The translations under genes and the position numbers were made by a program. The notes beneath the pieces were generated by a model. The model did not search any database. It was not told the DNA's origin and was given only the letters and a program-made list of their open reading frames with translations. From positions 66,109,033-66,173,032 of the forward strand of contig NC_068988.1 of assembly GCF_001194135.2 (NCBI RefSeq): a DNA stretch of 64,000 bases. The letters run 5' to 3'. The stretch comes from Octopus bimaculoides (lineage: Eukaryota). Shown piece by piece: positions 26,941-39,755 of the stretch. How positions within the stretch are numbered: position 1 is the first letter of the stretch; each line of letters begins with the position of its first letter.

Positions 26941-27150
26941 TATCGGGTGGACATGGGTGCGACCTCCGTCTTAATTTAAATATCTTTGATAGTATTGCAA
27001 GAATAGGAATGCATAAAACCATGTTCAACTGATTGTTCATTCTGTTCAACGGCCGCTTGGCATCGATTATGGAAATCCATAAATCAGATATACTTGAATG
27101 ATTTAGTTTGACCAGTAAAGACCGGTTCAGACAGTTCTATAAGATGTTCA
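26941..27150 (-). mobile_element. Tc1/mariner-superfamily 3' end fragment
   Basis: Minus strand reads DFHNRCQAAVEQNEQSVEHGF, resembling the F..R...CI...G..FEH transposase end. TIR-like TA|TCGGGTGGACA at 26941. Confidence 0.45.
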
Positions 27151-27445
27151 TATTTTACGGTTGTATTTTTCTCTGACACGTCTATCTCTATTAAAGGTAA
27201 CTTTGACTAATGTGACTACAGCTAAATTACATTCGACATCACTATAAATATTGTGTTCTTCAATTTATTGCTAATGTTATTGTATTCATAAAAATATTTA
27301 GATAATTTTCATTTTGAGCAGAAATATTTAATTTGAAAATGTGCAAGCACGACGTATTATGGAAAAGTCTTCATGTATTCATTTTGGGACAGTTTAGAAG
27401 TGAGGAACGTGGTGTAGTTTTAGACAATATACCTGGAAAATGCAG

Positions 27446-27495
<50 letters not shown>

Positions 27496-27497
27496 TG

Positions 27498-27544
<47 letters not shown>

Positions 27545-28269
27545 CCAAACATTTATTTCTCGTAGTGTAATCATATCAATTAGTTCAGTACTGAATTTTA
27601 TAACATATTTTCTCATAGTGAACACTAATTCAATCGACGCCATTTATGACTATTAATAAGAAAAATTTTACTGTTACAATTTATTCACTCTGAAATATGT
27701 ATGGGATGAAACGATAAAAGAATGAAAATAAGTAATAGTAAAATTGCTTGTTTTCAAATATCTTTGTTGATATCTATCGTTCTATCTATTCATGTATCTA
27801 TCGTTCTATCTATTTATATATCTATCGGTCTAACTATCAACATAATCCATGATTGATCAAACATATGACTAAGCTTTCTATAGGTGCACCACTCCTTCTT
27901 TTTACGTAATATAAAATACATTAGACAATATCATGTTCTACGTTCAAGGTGAAAAAGGGTGATTCGGCTACTTATTTTAGCGAGTGATATCGTTTGATTC
28001 CTAAATTATTTTGAGAGGAGTTTAAAGTGATGTTAATATAAATATTCGAAGTTTGGCTGCCATCTGTAAGTCGTACATTCAGCTAATTTAGCCTATATGC
28101 AATGCAGATTTAATCTCTGATTACGGCGTCACACTCAGTCGATGTTTATACAGTTGTCTACTTTAAAATATCTGAAATGTATTGACAAACTTCTCAGCAA
28201 CACATCTGTTTTCTTTTTTTAAATTGTATCTCTTATATTTATGTCAATTGCTTAATAAATTTAGTTTCA

Positions 28270-28484
28270 TACAATAATGGACAGACGTCGAGGAAACCAA
28301 AAAGAATGAGTCGAGGAAGCTGGTCGGTATCTCCAAAATGGAGTTCCAGGAATGATTCCATCAATGGAAAAGATGCTCGATAATGTGTGTGGCCTTAGAA
28401 CAAGAATCCTTCGAAAGAGTTTAATTGCCAAATATGTGGTGTAGTTTTCTTTGCAGTCCCCGATACGTTTAGATCAGACTTCGT
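28270..28484 (+). mobile_element. Mariner 3' end fragment with terminal inverted repeat
   Basis: Reads DVEETKKNESRKLVGISKMEFQE*FHQWKRCSIMCVALEQESFE, matching the mariner C-terminus. The right end reverse-complements to CACGAAGTCTGATCTAAACGTATCGGG, a TACGAGG-type TIR. Confidence 0.6.
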
Positions 28485-28509
28485 GTGTGTGTGCGTCTGT
28501 GTGTATTTG

Positions 28510-28553
<44 letters not shown>

Positions 28554-28607
28554 GACACACACACATACATACAGATAAACAGACTTATCTTTCTGACTAG
28601 CTAGCTG

Positions 28608-28694
<87 letters not shown>

Positions 28695-28708
28695 GTCTGT
28701 CTGTCTGT
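28608..28708. repeat. (TCTA)n/(TCTG)n microsatellite
   Basis: Direct reading. Confidence 0.95.
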
Positions 28709-29528
28709 TTGAATGTCTGTGCATGTGTATGTACAAATGACGCTAGAGCCAGTTAGTGAGTAGAACAATAGAAAGTGGTCATGCCTACAACCTTGTATGG
28801 TGCGAGGGCGGGGTGATCACTTCATTACTTGCATATTATACAGTATATTATATATCTTATGTTATTAAAAACAAATTGATTATAATGCTATTGCATCTCA
28901 GTGATGTGAGTCGGTGTATTCCGTAATTGTGAAAACTGTACATACCTGAGTATCAAACAGTTGTAAAACATCACAATATTATATGTTACCACAAATAAGA
29001 CGGATGCACTTTAACGGTATTAGGAACATGTCCATGAAATCACATCTTACCGCGATTTTATAACGCTATACTACCGGAGTTACAGCAGTACATATGTCCT
29101 ATGTTTTTCTCTTTCTTTTTGCAAATGAACACGTAACTGATGCAGGCTGGTGGGAAATTTATACTGAAACTACAGATCTGACACGAAGAAGAAACTCTTG
29201 GGTCACGGCTGGATATAACGTGATTAAATGACCTGAAACAAGGGCAACATCATTGTCATCACCATCACCTTAGCATCAACAACAGCATTCGAAGATGTGA
29301 ATATTATACAATGATTTTTTAAAATGGTGTTTTACATCGTGTAATTTTTACCAAATGATATTTGTTGTTGTTTGAGTTGCTAGAGGTGGTGGTGGTGGTG
29401 GTGGTAGTGCTGTAGTGCAATGCACCAAAGTTGTTATCTAAAAAAAGTGAATTGTTTCTGAATTACTGTTCTGATAACAAAATATCAGGTCGCATGACTG
29501 ACCTTTCTTATAGACACGCTAAACATCA

Positions 29529-29599
<71 letters not shown>

Positions 29600-30368
29600 C
29601 ATACATTTATATACATATATATATATGTGTGTGTGTGTGTGTGTATACATGTGTTAAAATAGAATGCACAGAAGAAGCACTACAGTTTTCAACAATACAC
29701 ATTCACTGTTAGGAAAATAAGGAAATTTGTTTCTTAAAAAGCATGTTGGCATCTCCTCAATGGCAAAGCATTGCTCTTACACTTTTATTTGATTCTACTT
29801 TATTTCATAAAATACTTTCTCGCAACAAACATCAATACAAACATAGAATTCGAGAAGAAATCGAAGCTATAATTACGTGCCAGTGTGCATGAGTGTGAGA
29901 GAGAGTGAAGCAGAAAGAATATTAAGATGCAGATGTTTGTTAGTTTGTGTGTGTATTTGTGTGATTGTTTGTTGAAGTTGGTGCATTGAAGTTGGTGTAT
30001 ATTTGTGTATCCGATTCTATCGATCCTTCAATTAATGTGTGCTTTACTTTTATATCCATCTCTTTAATTTGCCAGAGTTTCTAGACCGTCTATTTCCTGA
30101 CCCATTGCGCTGTTTCTCCTTGCGGTAAAAAAAAAAAATGAACCAAAATCTACAGGAGGCTAACAGAATATACTTTCATTCACTCTCAGTGAAAACAACA
30201 ACAAACACCTATATTGTCATTTATTCCCGGGATGTGTATTTTTAAAGCATGAGAAATAATTGTTAGATGCGTTGACAGCAGGAAAAGTTATGAATTCATA
30301 AAATCGAAAACACATACGTCTACGCGCACACATATGCATACATACACTTATGTACACATGTACATATA

Positions 30369-30531
30369 TATTGGTCTCAAATTTTCGCAGAAGGCCAGCA
30401 GTTTTGGGGGAGGGTGACACTATTACCCAAATTGTCCTTATTTTATCGACCCCGAAAGAATGAAAGGATAAGTCAACCTCGGCGATATTTGAACTTAGGA
30501 CCGTAACGTATGAAAATACCTACATACATAC

Positions 30532-30580
<49 letters not shown>

Positions 30581-30777
30581 TTTCAAATTTTGGCACAAGG
30601 CCAGTAGGTTTAGGGGATGGGATAAATCGATTAAATCGTCATCGGTATTCGAATGGTATTTATTTTCTTGACCGCCAGAGGATCAAAGACAAACTCGACC
30701 CCTGCGGAATTTGAACGCAAAACGCAAAACGCGAAATGCACGAAACGCATTTTGCCCGGCATAGTAACGATTCTAAC
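30369..30777 (-). mobile_element. Two tandem family A SINE copies (30369-30498, 30577-30777) separated by (TA)n
   Basis: Both begin on + with ttggt(t/c)tcaaatttt..aaggccag and contain ttttatcgaccccga / atttgaac, the reverse complement of family A. Confidence 0.7.
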
Positions 30778-30856
30778 TATAAGGTGCTTTCGAATATACA
30801 TATATCTATATTAAACGACAAACTTTCTTTCTGTCTCTGATTGTGTCTAAATATAT

Positions 30857-30924
<68 letters not shown>

Positions 30925-31914
30925 GTGTGTGAGTGTGTGTGTGTGTGTTTATGTTTCGTCCGTATTTTAATTGTCTGAATTCTTCGAAGTAGGAGGGGTT
31001 TTTTTCTAACCCGGAAGCAAAGCTCCATCGTGGGAATTTGAATAAAAACAACGAAAAGGCATTAAATGTTACTCGCTGAACTTTAGAGAAGTCTAGTTAT
31101 ATTTCCTGTTCTACTCACAGTTTGTATTCCTAAACCGACTGTTAGCTGTCAATTTCTGTTTTTCGTTTCTCGATTTTTCAAAATTGTCACTTGAACGTTT
31201 ACTAATCTAACGATATGAAGCAATATTATTTGGTATAAATGTGAAATTATCATCAACGGAGAGAAACCACGGGTGTCAAAACAGTTGTCCATAAATATTT
31301 TCCTTCTCAATAAATGTGGAAGAACTGTTTACATCTGATGGCTATCATACCTCGTTTCTATCCAAAACACATCAAACTTGTTATATTTGCACTTGGCAGA
31401 TATTTCAATAGAAATATTTCACAAATATTCTCTTGAGTTGTTATGTGTGCAATCAATAAGAGAAGTACTGTATCTATCCCAAATTAGACTTTCTGTGGAC
31501 GGCAATATGTATTTTACCCCAAAAATATAACACAGGAAAGAAAAATCATGCTGGAATAAGTTATAGTAAACTGATGACTTTTCAGTAGCATTTGAATTGT
31601 GACATAATCCATACTTGACGGTTACTCCTTTAGAGATAAAGAACTTCACTGCTTCTTTTGTGAATTAACTACTAACTATCATCTGTCTCTTCTATTCAAA
31701 ATCATGACCTTCGAAATGTGACGTAATGTAATGATCACTAGTGGAAAAGTCGGAGAGACATGCCCATGCATAATAATTTTACTGTATATAGTTTTTTTTT
31801 TCTACCATGATTTGCGTTGAAGTACGCAAGTCCTGCAATTCTAGAGTCGCATTGTGCGGTGGACATCCAGAAAAGATTTTAAATGAATAAATATTTTCTC
31901 AATTATTTAAAACT

Positions 31915-32286
31915 AGCACTCCGTTGCTTACGACGGCGAGGGTTCCAGTTGATCCGATCAACGGAACAGCCTGCTCGTGAAATTAACGTGCAAGTGGCTG
32001 AGCACTCCACAAACACGTGTACCTTTAACGTAGTTCTCGGGGATATTCAGCGTGACACACAGTGTGACAAGGCTGGCCCTTTGAAATACAGGCACGACAG
32101 AAACAGGAAGTAAGAGTAAGTTGTGGTGAAGGAGTACAGCAGGGTTCACCACCATCCCCTGCTAGAGCCTCGTGGAGCTTTATGTGTTTTCGCTTAATAA
32201 ACACTCACAACGCCTGGTCTGGGAAACGAAACCGCGATCCTATGACCGCGAGTCCGCTGCCCTAACCACTGGGCCATTGCGCCTCC
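31915..32286 (-). mobile_element. Well-preserved tRNA-derived SINE (family C)
   Basis: The minus-strand 5' end ggaggcgcaaTGGCCCAGTGGttagggcagcggactcgcggtcataggatcgcGGTTTCGTTTCCC has A and B boxes and tRNA geometry. It continues into a ~300-nt non-tRNA body with no CCA or acceptor-stem closure, so it is a SINE rather than a tRNA gene. Confidence 0.8.
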
Positions 32287-32864
32287 ACCTTCTCAATTAT
32301 ATACAATAGAGAAAATTAATTAACAAAAACAATATGCATCTGAAGTTATTCCTTTGAAAAACTTAGCTAACTAACAGTGTTTGAGTTGCACATAGATAAT
32401 AACAAATGTATGTGCATTAATCGGCCTCGAAAACGCTGTATACTAACTCTCACCATATGTAAACATTGTGTTGGCAAAATGGAAAGTAAATTCAAATAAA
32501 GATATTTTAAACTCACATTTTCTTCAGAAATATAAACAAACTTTTCCACTAAGATCTGGAGGTAAACTGAAAAATATAAACAATTTTGAGGGTTCCGTAT
32601 CATTAGCAGATGATGTTAGTAAGTATGACTAGTTAACAAAAGTCTGCTGGAACATTGGTAAAATGTACCACGGCCTGGTTAAATTAAATAATATCAAGAC
32701 TATTTGCCAGAAGAGCCCACACTCATCATAAATGACACATTTAGAAAGAACATCATGAAACTAACCAAAGGAAATAAGCTACTCATAAATATTTCTACTA
32801 ATATGCACTGCGAGAATGCATTATATCAGTATATACAACAACTTAAATTACATTAGAAAATATT

Positions 32865-32990
32865 GGTTTCAAATTTGGTTACAAGGCCAGCAATCTCGGG
32901 AAAGGGATAAGTTAGAACGTAAAGGAGAACGAATTGCCGCTAACCCTTTTGCCCGGCCGGCGCAGTAATGATTCTGCCAGCTCACCGGCC
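32865..32990 (-). mobile_element. Internally shortened family A SINE
   Basis: tattggtttcaaatttggttacaaggccagcaat..ttttgcccggc..gattctgccagctc. Confidence 0.65.
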
Positions 32991-33221
32991 TGCACGTCAG
33001 AAAATATTACGTTATAATTGTCATCGAAAGCAAAATTCATAACAAACCGTTAGAGATATACTCGTCCAAACGTTGTGCGTCATGATCAAGCATTTCCCTG
33101 GGAAATTCCTGAATTTGAAAATTTATGCCACAATGAGACTATATAACTTAAGAGAACATATTAAATATTTTACAATAATTTCTTTCTATTACTATGTTTA
33201 TTCAATATCAAACCTATAATC

Positions 33222-33222
33222 A

Positions 33223-33319
<97 letters not shown>

Positions 33320-33320
33320 G
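33222..33320. repeat. (TCTA)n microsatellite
   Basis: Direct reading. Confidence 0.95.
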
Positions 33321-33330
33321 TATGTATGTA

Positions 33331-33369
<39 letters not shown>

Positions 33370-33739
33370 TTGCAACAAGTTTTAAGGAAAAAGGACCTCA
33401 CGTGGTGTAATCAAATGAAAAGTAAACAGAAACAAAGAAAATGCACAGTAGGTATGATGGTAATCGTTTTTTTTTAAACCAATATAAATATAAACAAAGG
33501 AGTTAAAGTTATATTAAGATGTATATAAATCATTTAAAGAGTCATAATGCTTTCGCTATAAGTGGTCACTGACTGTGAATCAGCACCGGTTGTCAAGCGG
33601 TGTTGGATATAAACATACACTTAATTGAAAAAAATTAGATGCAAGGGAAGTAAGCAGTTCTGAAAGAGATGTAATGAATGTAGATACAATCACTAAATTT
33701 TGAAGTAGTATTTGAGATATATGAGGATTAATGGGATTA

Positions 33740-34690
33740 TTGATATTAGTAAGGTTGTATGTTCATAATAAGTTGTGGTTGATATTTATCAATAAAAGTT
33801 ACCTCATTGTTACACTGAAGTATCCTGGAAACTGTGATAAAAACAAAAGAAAGATCAGCTTGAGGTTCCTAGCACTTCTATCGATGTGTTCACAGACCTG
33901 CACCTGTCTATATTGTGGGAAACGAATTTGTTCCTTGTGGACTGTTGTTCTTCGTCTGAGGAACACTCTTGTTTGGCCTATATAATGGTTTCCACAACCT
34001 AAGCAGATAATAACATAGATTAGTTTTTCAGAGGCACAAGCGAAATGTGACTTTATTTTAAATATTTTATCGTGTTTCAAGTGAAATTCTGAGACCTCCG
34101 AAAGGTAGGAGCATGTGCCAGCTAGGACGCCTGCATTTATCTACCACTTTGTTTCCGTTGTCAAGGGATATAGTTTTGTGCCGGTTAGTATTCTTTTCAA
34201 TGATTTCGGTTGTATTTTGCTTTTGATAAATTGGTGTGAGCCCAAAATTTCGTTCATTGTTTTATCTCTAGTAAAAATAGGTAGAGTTTGGATGATGATG
34301 GTGAATGCCTGACTGTTTCTAGGGTTGTGTGTGGAAATGTGGGGACCTACTTTAAATCTGGTGTGACATTTTGGCTGACTTCCCTTAATGCTTGTGTTTC
34401 TATTTTCTTTGCTCGTTCGATCCCATTATCTATTAATGATATGGAGTAATGTCTCCTGATTAGTGTTGACTTAAGTATACCAAGTCTTAGTTCACGAGTA
34501 TTGGTATCTGAGATTATGGTACAGATCCTTTTCGCTAAATTATAAGGTATGTTAATTTTTATGTATTTTGGGTGGCATGAGTTGAATAATAGGTATTGTT
34601 TTGAATCTGTGGGTTTATAAAAGATGTCCGGTTCAATGTGATTATGACTATTTTAATTAGGATGTCAAGAAAAGGTAATTGCTTATTGCA
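33740..34690 (-). mobile_element. Penelope-like retroelement fragment: RT C-terminus plus GIY-YIG endonuclease
   Basis: LPFLDILIK; DIFYKPTDSKQYLLFNSCHPKYIKINIPYNLAKRICTIIS; FKIKSHFACASEKLIYVIICLGCGNHYIGQT..LRRR..VHKEQIR; FIDKYQPQL. Confidence 0.9.
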
Positions 34691-34991
34691 TATATATGTA
34701 TGTATGTATGTATATATGCATGTTTATATGTATATGTGTGTGTGTGTTCATATGTGTGTATACTCGAAACGCAGAACAACCAGTTTTACCTTCTCTGAGC
34801 GTCTTATTAATACATTGATGTGCTACGTCCTCGCATTGTTTTTTCTTGTCCTTTTTTCTCCGTTTTTTAATCAACTGCACACTCATACTGAACGCCATCC
34901 CTCCGACTGGCTTTGGATTACCTAATTCAAGGATTTCTTTCTTTTACCGGATTACATCAATTTATTCGGAGTACACCATTTCTGCACATTG

Positions 34992-35026
<35 letters not shown>

Positions 35027-35067
35027 NNNNNNNNNNNNNNNNNNNNNNNNNNATATATATAGTAAAG

Positions 35068-35520
35068 TCTATTTGCCATCACAATGTGGCAGTCCTACGC
35101 AGGAGGATGTTAATACTTTTACGCCCCAGGAAAACATCTTTTCCAGCTGGGTACCGACACATGGTCTGTGTCCGTATATTGTAAGCAAGGGAGTTTATTG
35201 CACCCTTTTTTAGCCCTAGCAATGCCTGTAGACTAATGGTTTCTGGATTATTTCCCCTTCTCGGCACAGGTCAATCGTCGCCTAGAGACAGCACAGTCAC
35301 TTGACCTTGCTCACAGTACACACTCGCTGATCTCGTAAAGAGGAAAACAATTAGTTTTAAATCTCCGAGCGAGAAATATGTATCAACAGTACCGTGCAGT
35401 AATTGTCAACACAATGTGACAATCCTACGCGGGACGATGTTACTACATTTTAACCCCAGGAAAACACCTTTTCCTGCTGGGTACCAACACATGGTCTGTG
35501 TCCGTATACTGTGAGCAAGG
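35068..35520. repeat. Locally duplicated ~140-nt unit (35068-35205, 35408-35535); 35305-35520 is bounded by a 14-bp inverted repeat (MITE-like)
   Basis: cacaatgtg(g/a)ca(g/a)tcctacgc..ccccaggaaaaca(t/c)cttttcc(a/t)gctgggtacc(g/a)acacatggtctgtgtccgtata occurs twice. CCTTGCTCACAGTA (35305-35318) pairs with TACTGTGAGCAAGG (35507-35520). Confidence 0.7.
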
Positions 35521-35772
35521 GAGTTCATTGCTCCGTGTGTATGTGTTTATATTTTTTATACTTATAATGATTTCAGTCATTGGAATGCGGCCATTCTGGA
35601 GCACAAGCTTCGAGTATTTTAGTTACACGAATCACACTCAGTGCACATATTTTAAGCCGGGTTGTTATTCTTTCGGACTCGTTTGAGGCGGCTACAATAA
35701 GTACTGGTGGGACTCAACACAGAACAACGGGGTTGGGACACACGCTTTTTACCACACATCCACGACTGCACC

Positions 35773-35828
<56 letters not shown>

Positions 35829-35839
35829 TATATACATAC

Positions 35840-35885
<46 letters not shown>

Positions 35886-35962
35886 TTTGGTGCATGTATG
35901 CGCATGTATGCCTGCATGTTAATAAATATACAAACACATCCATATATACATTCTTATATATA

Positions 35963-36005
<43 letters not shown>

Positions 36006-36685
36006 GTACACACACGCATGCACGCACAAGCACACAAACATACAGACACTCACGTAACCGCACTTACACACACATATATACAGAGAGAAATGGCCGGGAA
36101 AAAAGGACTCATGGAAAGAAATAGAGAGCGAGAAAGAAAGAAAGAAAGTAAGAGAGATAATGTTTATCAGAATGAAGCAAAAATAACATAAAGGAAAAAG
36201 TGCAATTTAATTACCATAGACATTATAACCTTACTGAAGTAAAAATTATAGAGGGAAAGAAAAATACATTTACATACAAAAGATAGCTTCGCATTAGGCA
36301 CCAGCTTGTATATGAATCCACAACTGTAATAGAAACAAAAGCCATAAAATATAAGAGAATAAAAAATTAAAAGATATACAGAATCACATTAGTTTCGGTG
36401 AAATGTGAGAGAAGCCATTAGGACAATAGCGTATTATAAGACGTTGCTGATAACATAAGCTTCTTGGATTAAGAGTCATTTCACTAATGTGTATTAGGAT
36501 TTTCTTTCGGAAAACAGATATATGGTGTATTTGATTTGGGTCTTTCAATCTTCTCTTATAGTGCGTAAATCTAACAGGATTTAATCATTAAATAATTCAA
36601 ACTACTATGTTTATACTTAAAATAGAAATATAATATATTTTATGACTGCTTTTTAATTTTGTTCCTCTCATACAGTTTGGATGCA

Positions 36686-36716
<31 letters not shown>

Positions 36717-37559
36717 NNNNNNNNNNNNNNNNNNNNNNNNNNNNNNNNNNNNNNNNNNNNNNNNNNNNNNNNNNNNNNNNNNNNNNNNNNNNNNNNNNNN
36801 NNNNNNNNNNNNNNNNNNNNNNNNNNNNNNNNNNNNNNNNNNNNNNNNNNNNNNNNNNNNNNNNNNNNNNNNNNNNNNNNNNNNNNNNNNNNNNNNNNNN
36901 NNNNNNNNNNNNNNNNNNNNNNNNNNNNNNNNNNNNNNNNNNNNNNNNNNNNNNNNNNNNNNNNNNNNNNNNNNNNNNNNNNNNNNNNNNNNNNNNNNNN
37001 NNNNNNNNNNNNNNNNNNNNNNNNNNNNNNNNNNNNNNNNNNNNNNNNNNNNNNNNNNNNNNNNNNNNNNNNNNNNNNNNNNNNNNNNNNATATATACAT
37101 ATATATATATATATATATATGTATATGTATATACACTCACACGGACATGCACATACGCGTACGCACACAGACCCACGCATATATAGTTACTGTCCCGTTA
37201 ATTAAAGATCAGCAGTAAAAAGTACTCCATCTCGTGAGAGATAAATATCACTTAACGTACACTGTATTCAATTAACAGCTACTGATAATTTCTCGCCATG
37301 AAGATATGTGGCAAGACAGGTTTTGATAATGTGCCTTTTGCCTCCAAGCAATCTGTGGGATCTGAGCACATTGTTCTATAAGAGACCAGCAGATCGCTAC
37401 ATGAGAAACCACAAGAGAAATCGAGAAGTTTGATGCAAAAAGTGGAATGATAAAATTATGTGTAAATTAAAGCATAAAAGATTAAAAAATATTACGTCCT
37501 CTTTGACCGTAGATGTCATGATAATGATTTATAGAAGACAAATGATTATGATTTTTAGA

Positions 37560-38740
37560 AGATCCAATGTCTGTGAGACAGTTGCTCAGTCCAGAGATGG
37601 TAGTGTCCTCCATATCACCAATGTTGACATGCTTGTATTTTTTGAAAAGTAGTGTGGTGAATGTAAAAAGTCTTGGATCTAAAATTCTAGGGTCTAAAAT
37701 TCTTGGATCTCAAAGGTATGTGCGGTCTTTCAGTTACACTTAAGTTGCATTTATTAGATCCGTTTATATATGGCATGGCTTTTCCTCCACTTGATTGTAT
37801 ATGGTATTCTGTTGGTCTTCAAACATGGCTAGCCAGCTTACTGACTTTGCTTTTATCGATGTGTCGGAAAGAAGACTGGCGGTTTGCATAACGTCTTTTA
37901 AAATCACCTTTGCATAAATCGATGTAATTTTTTTCTTTCCCATTATGTCATCTTGAATCTTTGCTGTGACTTCTGCCTCATAGACGGCAGAGTTTATCAT
38001 ACACATGTGGTCAACTGGGCAAGCTTCAGGGTCTCCACAGTTACATTTTGGAGATGGCTTTTGTTGAGCTCAAAAGTTTTAATGTTCTTCATATTGCGGA
38101 AGCTAAGTAACTGATTTCAGTACCCGTTGGGTTTAAAAGTCTACAAGTGAGTTTATTACTGAAATTACGAGATTTTTTTTTACAGAAATGAAAGCTTCTC
38201 TTTTTGCTAAGCATTCTAATTTATTCTCAGTTATGCTACGTTTAAAGAGAAAGTTTATCCTCATCGTTAATATCATCGTTAGCTTTCTTATATTTAGTAG
38301 AAATGGTGGCATTCAACAACTAATCATATTTATCATTAGTGACTTCAACCAGGTCATTGGTCTTAACAGCAAATATGAATATTCAAAGCTTCTAATATTG
38401 TATTTTAGTTTGGCGTTATTACATTAAATATAAGCATTGGTTTTCAGTACGAGCTTATTTCTATTGACAACGAAATTCCTGATATTTCTCAAATATCAGT
38501 TTTATTCTTCAAATCAAGATATTTTCTCTAGATGTTTTATTTTCAAGCTAAATTATTTTTACATTTAGAAGTATTTCTGTTTTAGTTGGGAGAATTTTAA
38601 GTTTCCAGTATTTTGGCAGTGTTTCATTGCCAACCGGAAATAATGCATTGAAGTTATAAAACGGTGTTTCAAGCCACTCTAAAACATATTTTGTTATATC
38701 GTGTGATTAGTGTTTGGTGCTATCTGGTAAATTTACTGTA
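37560..38740 (-). mobile_element. Penelope-like element with the RT core deleted (N-terminal region joined to GIY-YIG region)
   Basis: Minus strand reads KYKKAN..LECLAKREAFISVK..NFSNKLTCRLLNP (pre-RT motif). It runs straight into ISY..LP-NMKNIK, KCNCGDPEACPVDHMCMINSAVYEAEV and NYIDLCKGDFKRRYAN..SF (GIY-YIG-like). Confidence 0.7.
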
Positions 38741-38776
38741 ACAAAGCAAAACAAAAAAAAGCGCAAATTAGTTATG

Positions 38777-38827
<51 letters not shown>

Positions 38828-39547
38828 GTGCGTGTGTGTGTGTGTGTTTGTGTGTGTGTGTGAGTTTGTGGCGGGTAGACTGTATGCTTGTATATGCGTA
38901 TATATTTGTATATGTTTTTATGTATGTATTAATAGTTAAAGTTTAACAGTTACTTCGAGACCTTATCAATCTTGGTATCCCTAGAACCATTAATGTTTTT
39001 CCTATGAAAGATGCATTTTGTGATATTCGTATAAGAAATAAATGCTTTCTCAGTGAATTTAAAATCAGGAATAATAGTGATGACATGTCATATTTTGTAG
39101 AATAAGTTTCAAGTGTCATATACTTATTATTTATTGGTTTGGTGTTGGAATCTTTTCAATTGCAGTGAGTTCGTAGCCGACCGTTACTATAACGTGTGTC
39201 GAATAGAATGCTGTACAGTATTTCTTCTGACACAGCTGTGTCTCCAATTTCTACTTTGGCCTACTGGAGTAGCAATAATTACGTCACCCTGTTTAACAGC
39301 ATCGTTCGGCACATTTGTTGCCATTCCCGGAGTCTAACCTCTTGCAGCAATTCGGGCCAAATCACGTGTTTCTGAATATCTCCGTCTTTTTTATTTAAAC
39401 GCTTTCTGAGTTCCTGTACAGGTTTATAGTCACTGCATTTCCCACCTGATTATAAGATAAAAATATGTGCATATGCTCCTATGTGTACATGCGTACATAA
39501 AGAAGCACATAGCTATTTGTATGTGTAAAATGCATTCTATTATCAAT

Positions 39548-39755
39548 GGTGACGATGCGACTGAGTCATTAGCACCCCGGGAAAATGTTTAGTGACATTT
39601 GGATAGTCTTTACGTTCCGAGTTCAAATTCTGCCGACGTCAACTTTACCTTTGGAGCTCGGTGAAATAAGTATCAGTGGAATCCTGGGATCGATGTAATC
39701 AACCTATTCCCTCCCGCCCAAACATGCTGTTCTTGTGCTAAAATTCGAAATGAAT
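39548..39755 (+). mobile_element. Family A SINE
   Basis: tcattagcaccccgggaaaatg..tttacgttccgagttcaaattctgccgacgtcaacttt..aaataagtatcag..gatgtaatcaacc. Confidence 0.7.

Noticed and set aside
31915-32286. Possible tRNA gene
   Set aside because: The A and B boxes are present, but the acceptor stem does not close and the sequence continues as a SINE body.
39113-39420. GC-richer stretch with short open frames on both strands
   Set aside because: No recognisable domain or splice-site pair.
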